From: Theionarchaea archaeon
GTDB lineage: Archaea > Methanobacteriota_B > Thermococci > Methanofastidiosales > SZ-28-30
Direction of reading: 5' to 3'
Assembly (NCBI GenBank): GCA_018992685.1
Contig: JACVGT010000027.1
Coordinates: 1-43,932, forward strand
Length of the DNA stretch: 43,932 nucleotides
Shown here piece by piece: positions 39,403-43,932 of the stretch. The position numbers and the translations under genes were made by a program. The notes under the pieces were generated by a model. That model was given only the letters and a program-made list of their open reading frames with translations, ran no database searches and had not been told where the DNA came from. Position 1 is the stretch's first letter. Each line of letters starts with the position of its first letter.

Positions 39403-39469
39403 ACGACACCATCAACACTTCGATCTCCCGGATATCCGGCTTTTCAAAAGGTTGTTTTTCGTCGCTCAT
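39392..39469 (-). CDS. Putative RRE-dependent precursor peptide, 25 aa: MSDEKQPFEKPDIREIEVLMVSYES
   Basis: RBS GAGGTGA at 39475-39481; TTTATAAA at 39510-39517; FxxPxI motif; overlaps the start of the next gene by 11 nt. Confidence 0.75.
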   Translation of the reverse strand: MSDEKQPFEKPDIREIEVLMVSYES

Positions 39470-39538
39470 GTATTTCACCTCTGCATGTGGCGCCCCCTTA
39501 TCCTGCAGGTTTATAAATCTTATGTTGGGAGTTGTCAT

Positions 39539-40480
39539 ATGATTGCGCGATCCAGAGTTTTGGTCACAGGAGGCGCTGGCTTCCTTGGTTCTCACTTAAG
39601 TACTCGCCTGGTTGAGGAAGGGGCGGAAGTAACTGTCCTGGACAATCTCAGTGCAGGAAATCTCCAGCGTCTTCAGAATGTGGCATCATGCGAGAACTTC
39701 CATTTTTTCAAAGGAGATATCAGGAATACAGAAGATGTCAAGCAATCTGTGAAAGATAAAGACATCATACTCCACTTTGCTGCGAAAGTAGGTGTGATAA
39801 GGGCAGCTTCTCAAGGAATTGACGTCCTGGATACAACACTGAAAGGGATTTCCCTTCTTCTTGCCGAAAGCACAAAATGTGACGTCAAGACATTCGTATA
39901 TGCCTCATCCTCGGAGGTGTACGGAGAACCTTCGCGTCTTCCCTCCCGTGAAGATGATCCCCTGATTCCCAGATCGACGTACGCTGTGGCAAAAGTGGCA
40001 GCCGAACGGTATTGCGAAGAGTACGGAACGCTCTACGGGATTGATACCTGTATATTTCGCTATTTCAACGTCTATGGACCACGTCAGAATGATAATTTTG
40101 TCATCCCTCAGTTTCTTCACCATGCGCTCAGGGGCGAAGCTCTTCCAGTATATGGCTCTGGGGCACAGACCAGGGATTTCTGCTACATTGACGATGCTGT
40201 TTCTCTGACTCTTGAAGGTATGAAATGGAATAAAGGATTCAATATCTTTAACGTGGGATCAGGTGAACCTATTTCTTTGAAAAGGCTGGCCGAACTTGTT
40301 TCCTCACTTTCAGCGAAGGAGTGCAGCATTGCCTTTGTGGATTTGGATACGAGAAGGCCTCAGGAATATGAGATTATACACAGACAGGCAGATATCTCAA
40401 AAATCGTTTCACTGTGTGGAGTCTCACCGAAACACAGTCTGGAAGATGGGTTACGAACGTGTCTTGAAGCTCTGATGTAG
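39539..40480 (+). CDS. NAD-dependent NDP-sugar epimerase/dehydratase (extended SDR)
   Basis: VTGGAGFLG, HFAA, ASSSEVYG, YAVAK (YxxxK), RYFNVYGP, QTRDF. Confidence 0.92.
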   Translation: MIARSRVLVTGGAGFLGSHLSTRLVEEGAEVTVLDNLSAGNLQRLQNVASCENFHFFKGDIRNTEDVKQSVKDKDIILHFAAKVGVIRAASQGIDVLDTTLKGISLLLAESTKCDVKTFVYASSSEVYGEPSRLPSREDDPLIPRSTYAVAKVAAERYCEEYGTLYGIDTCIFRYFNVYGPRQNDNFVIPQFLHHALRGEALPVYGSGAQTRDFCYIDDAVSLTLEGMKWNKGFNIFNVGSGEPISLKRLAELVSSLSAKECSIAFVDLDTRRPQEYEIIHRQADISKIVSLCGVSPKHSLEDGLRTCLEALM

Positions 40481-41266
40481 CTTCTGGCTGAATCCAGATA
40501 CTGTATCGAATCTCATAGTGTCCGGGAAGTTCTCCAACAGGGTGTGTACAGCACAGAGTGCGGACGGGGTGAGTTCCCAGGAGTGGCACAAGAACACCAC
40601 TGGCAGCAGAGGGACGGTGCGGAACTTTAGAATGAGCAGATCAAAGAGCCCCCTCAGAAGGGGATTGCCTTTTCGAATCAGGTTTTCCAGAGAAAATACA
40701 TCATATTCCAGTGAAGGAATAGTAGAAAGGGACGTGGAAACACATACCTCAGTGATCTCTCCTCTAACCACCAACCCCTTCGAGTGGCTGGCAGGAACAC
40801 TGGAACTCACAGAGTATCCATGCTGGATCAATGCTGGTATGAAGGTGTCATCAAATGCCAGATAGGGTGCCCTGAAACACAGAGGATTCTTCACAGCGCG
40901 AAGGGCTGCAGTGGCTGCGGTCAGGGCTTTTTCTGCGTTGAATCGAGATATCTGTCGATTATCATATGCAGTGGGTACCAGAGGCTCGTGATCGTCCATA
41001 TGGCACCCCATCTCGTGCTTCCTGGTCACCTCTCTCAGGAAATCAGGGAATTTCCTGGCCACATCTCCTGTACAGAATAGTGTAGCAACAATGTCATGAT
41101 CATCACAGAAATCAAGGGCCCCAGACAGCAGTGTCATGCCGTGATACGTCTTTCCTTGTGGGGAATGGTCTCTCTCTACATCAATGGTGAACATGAAGGA
41201 CAGCTCCTTTCCTTCAAGCAGGTTCTTTTCTCTCTTGTGAAGCACATTCCTCCGTGGTGCGTGCAC
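40451..41266 (-). CDS. Polysaccharide deacetylase (CE4/NodB-like); start uncertain
   Basis: FTIDVE, ATLF, HEMGCHMDDH, FRAP, HSWEL motifs. Confidence 0.82.
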   Translation of the reverse strand: MHAPRRNVLHKREKNLLEGKELSFMFTIDVERDHSPQGKTYHGMTLLSGALDFCDDHDIVATLFCTGDVARKFPDFLREVTRKHEMGCHMDDHEPLVPTAYDNRQISRFNAEKALTAATAALRAVKNPLCFRAPYLAFDDTFIPALIQHGYSVSSSVPASHSKGLVVRGEITEVCVSTSLSTIPSLEYDVFSLENLIRKGNPLLRGLFDLLILKFRTVPLLPVVFLCHSWELTPSALCAVHTLLENFPDTMRFDTVSGFSQKLHQSFKTRS

Positions 41267-41341
41267 ATAAAAAATTGAGGGTCAACTCTCTGGGGCTGCA
41301 TGAGGAGTGACGCATGATGAGTGATTAATGAAAAGATTTAA

Positions 41342-42103
41342 ATGATTCTCTTGTGCGTTGTGCATGTGAAGACAGCAGCCGTGAGTTCAGTGTATAAGAG
41401 CCGGGACCTGACAGCAGCATGCGATGCTATACTTGACATCGGATATGACTGTGTAGAGGTGATGGCATATCCTCCTCATGTTGACCTTTCACAGACATCA
41501 AGGGTCCAGGAGGTACTCTCCCCATACGAGGGACACATTTCTGGATTCGGTATCTACGAAAACCTGTGTGACCTCAGGGAGAATTACCGGATCAAAGCAG
41601 TGGAAGAGACCATTACCTGCATTGAACTGTGCAACAGAACAGGGGGAGAATTTGTCGTGTGTCAGACCGGCATCGCTCCGTCCTTTTTGAGAAATGAAGC
41701 GAGCAGCGCATTTGAAAAGTCTCTGGACCGGATTCTCCCTGCAGCTCATGACTTCCAGGTCTGCCTCGCACTTGAGAATGCTCCCTCCACATTGCTGGCG
41801 ACGGTTGAGGAAACGAGTTCCTTCCTTGATCACCACACTGACCCAGCTATCTGCCTGACTGTGGATCCAGTGAACTTTTTTGCTGCCCAGTGCAGTCCCT
41901 CCGACGCTGAGAGACTGGTTCGAAGAACAGTGAATCTGCACCTCAAGAATGTGGCATCGGGACGCGAAGCACCTGTTTCTCAGGGCGAGGTGGATTTTCA
42001 CAGGGTACTCTCTTTTCCATGGACCTCCGTTTTCACAGCAGAATATGAGGAAACAGCAATGACAGAGGAATTTCTTCGCGATGCACGTCTATTTCTTGGG
42101 TGA
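41342..42103 (+). CDS. Sugar-phosphate isomerase/epimerase (xylose-isomerase-like/AP-endonuclease-2 TIM barrel)
   Basis: GYDCVE, LALEN, VDPVN, LHLKN, GEVDF, AEYE metal-ligand pattern. Confidence 0.82.
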   Translation: MILLCVVHVKTAAVSSVYKSRDLTAACDAILDIGYDCVEVMAYPPHVDLSQTSRVQEVLSPYEGHISGFGIYENLCDLRENYRIKAVEETITCIELCNRTGGEFVVCQTGIAPSFLRNEASSAFEKSLDRILPAAHDFQVCLALENAPSTLLATVEETSSFLDHHTDPAICLTVDPVNFFAAQCSPSDAERLVRRTVNLHLKNVASGREAPVSQGEVDFHRVLSFPWTSVFTAEYEETAMTEEFLRDARLFLG

Positions 42104-42107
42104 TAGT

Positions 42108-42863
42108 ATGAAAATATCTACACGATGCCTGAACGGCACTGAGTATTCCCGAATCATTTTGGGTTGTAACCCCTTTATTGGCTGGTCATACAGGGGAAAA
42201 GCACTTGCTCAGCACTACAAGGAGAAATTTTCAAGCCCCGAACCCGTACGGGAGATTATAGTCCACGCGTACCAGTACGGGATAAATGCCATTATGACGA
42301 CAGCAGATGAACACGTACTCCAGGCTGTCGCTTCAGCCCAGAAAGAGGTGGGCGAGATTAGTGTCCTTGGAATGCTGGGGTATTCTATTGAAGGGTATCG
42401 GAATTTCAAAGAAGACATTAGAAAATTCAGCAGCATATCAGCGTCTGCAGCTGTGATTGTGGCTGAGATTACTGACCCTCTCATCCAGAAGACACCCATG
42501 TTGTTTGATGCCTATAAAGATGAGGTTTCCAAGGAATTCGATACAGTGGGGGCTGCTACCCACAACCCTGCTCTCACCTTCCCCTACCTTGAGACCACAG
42601 AGCTCGATTTTCTCGTGGCAGCTGTAAACCCTGCAGGGTTCATGATGGGAAAGAAGGAGGAATCACTGCAGCTGATAAAAGCATCTCAGAAACCTGTTGT
42701 AGCCAAGAAAACTCTGGCAGGCGGCACTGTGGACCCCCTGACAGGGATTGAATTTGCTTTTTGTGAGATGGCGGTGGATTTTGCGGCGGTAGGTGTTGCA
42801 TCACCCGAGGAAGTGGATCAGGACGTAGAGGCCTATCTCAAGGTATCCACCAGGGATACATAG
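42108..42863 (+). CDS. Degenerate aldo/keto-reductase-like TIM-barrel protein (paralog 2)
   Basis: SRIILGCNPFIGWSY, AYQYGINA, GAATH, NPAGFMM, VVAKKTLAGG, VGVASPEEV. Confidence 0.65.
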   Translation: MKISTRCLNGTEYSRIILGCNPFIGWSYRGKALAQHYKEKFSSPEPVREIIVHAYQYGINAIMTTADEHVLQAVASAQKEVGEISVLGMLGYSIEGYRNFKEDIRKFSSISASAAVIVAEITDPLIQKTPMLFDAYKDEVSKEFDTVGAATHNPALTFPYLETTELDFLVAAVNPAGFMMGKKEESLQLIKASQKPVVAKKTLAGGTVDPLTGIEFAFCEMAVDFAAVGVASPEEVDQDVEAYLKVSTRDT

Positions 42864-43927
42864 GTCTTGACAGTCCGTTCCAGCGAGTAGAGTCGGTTGA
42901 TGGTACGAGTGCCTTCAGATGCAATTTGGTTCGCTTTATGAGGATCAGACAGGAGGAGGTCAATTCCTTCTGCGATACTCTCAGGATTTTGAGGCTCTAC
43001 GAGTATCCCATTGGTGCCGGATTTGATGTACTCTCCAATGGAAGGAATATTCGATCCCACCACTGGTTTTCCACAGGCCATAGCTTCCATGAGAGCCAGC
43101 CCCAGTGATTCATATGATGAGGTCAGAACGACAACGTCAGCGCCCCGGTAGATAGAGGGCATCTCTTCCCACAAGTGCCCATTGCCAAATATCACCCTGT
43201 GGGAGATGTTGAGCGAGGCAGCTTTCTTAACATACTTCTTCAACAGTGTCTGGGACAGACCCTGCCAGGATTCTCCTCCGCCTGTAATGTAGAGGACGAC
43301 ATCATGGGACAGCAAAGCGATTGCCTCAAGGAGGGAGTCTATCTCTTTGTGTGGGTCAATCCGGGCAGGCAGTAGGATAATCTTTTTTTCCGGGCAAGCA
43401 AGGGTTTCTCGTAGGGTGCTCCCCCCTTCAGGTGTGAACAGATCTGTGTCAACTCCGGTTGATATGACTTCAATTCTTTCGGTAACGCCCCGATCTTCGA
43501 GTTCCTTCTTGGCGTGATGTGTGGGGCAGATAATGACGTCAAAGGCGCCACTTGTGAGAACCAGAGAAGCTACCTCAACGGGATGAAGGTCAAAGTGCCG
43601 CAGTATGGTAACAGGTGCTCGTACCTGAAGTGCAGCCAGTGACCAGACATTCGGGTTCTCGAACTGAAGGATGTCACAGAGTTCTACACTCTTTTTCAGT
43701 TCTTTAATGAACAGGGGCAGCACACTGGAATGATACAGAGGAAACGAGTCTCGCCTCTCTACTCGAATGCCTTGAGTCTCATAATGGGTGGGAATTCCCA
43801 GTTCTGTTCTGCTGAGGACCGAAACAGACCATCCTCTGGCCACCAGTTCCTTTCCCAATGCATATACAGCAATATCCACTCCACCCACATTGGGCAAAAA
43901 AGTAGGATGTATGAACCATAAATCCAT
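42833..43927 (-). CDS. Glycosyltransferase family 4 (GT-B)
   Basis: NVGGVD, TGVDTDLF, ARIDPHK, ESLGLALMEAMACGKPVV, NGILV; start is 5 nt from the window edge. Confidence 0.9.
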   Translation of the reverse strand: MDLWFIHPTFLPNVGGVDIAVYALGKELVARGWSVSVLSRTELGIPTHYETQGIRVERRDSFPLYHSSVLPLFIKELKKSVELCDILQFENPNVWSLAALQVRAPVTILRHFDLHPVEVASLVLTSGAFDVIICPTHHAKKELEDRGVTERIEVISTGVDTDLFTPEGGSTLRETLACPEKKIILLPARIDPHKEIDSLLEAIALLSHDVVLYITGGGESWQGLSQTLLKKYVKKAASLNISHRVIFGNGHLWEEMPSIYRGADVVVLTSSYESLGLALMEAMACGKPVVGSNIPSIGEYIKSGTNGILVEPQNPESIAEGIDLLLSDPHKANQIASEGTRTINRLYSLERTVKTYVSLVDTLR

Positions 43928-43932
43928 GGATT

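Noticed and set aside
35205-39469. Canonical PQQ or mycofactocin operon
   Set aside because: No PqqB/C/E or MftC/D/E homologs here; the radical SAMs are B12-type, not SPASM, and the peptide lacks ExxxY or IDGxCGVY.
39392-39595. 67-aa ORF in the ORF track
   Set aside because: Its upstream part overlaps the divergent epimerase gene and the shared TATA box; the RBS supports only the last 25 codons.

Overview
Archaeal chromosomal window. Evidence: an HMf-type histone, archaeal RNase J, TATA/BRE promoters and GGAGGTGA-type ribosome-binding sites. Gene style suggests a Thermococci/Theionarchaea-like euryarchaeon, which is inference only. The left end (1-11.1 kb) is a competition island. It holds a fragmented RHS relic, a secreted ~1,860-aa RHS/YD polymorphic toxin with a hydrophobic tip plus two small membrane proteins, and two radical SAM/SPASM enzymes downstream of an unannotated 52-aa Cys-rich precursor peptide. 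The middle is mostly housekeeping and envelope genes (SbcD/YhaN-like pair, tandem-HTH regulator, AlkP-family enzyme, MFS transporters, histone, peptide-binding protein, RNase J, flavoprotein). It also hides a 29-aa peptide gene that shares its stop site with the regulator, and a two-hairpin box H/ACA guide RNA. The right end (31.2-43.9 kb, probably continuing past the window) is the most novel part. It is a biosynthetic cluster with a stand-alone PqqD/RRE, an unannotated 25-aa peptide with an FxxPxI RRE-type leader motif, four B12-dependent radical SAM enzymes, two GT4 glycosyltransferases, two deacetylases, an NDP-sugar epimerase, a sugar isomerase and two degenerate aldo-keto-reductase-like paralogs. 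It is a candidate archaeal glycosylated RiPP or peptide-derived cofactor pathway. All family calls are from motifs read by eye; no searches were run.
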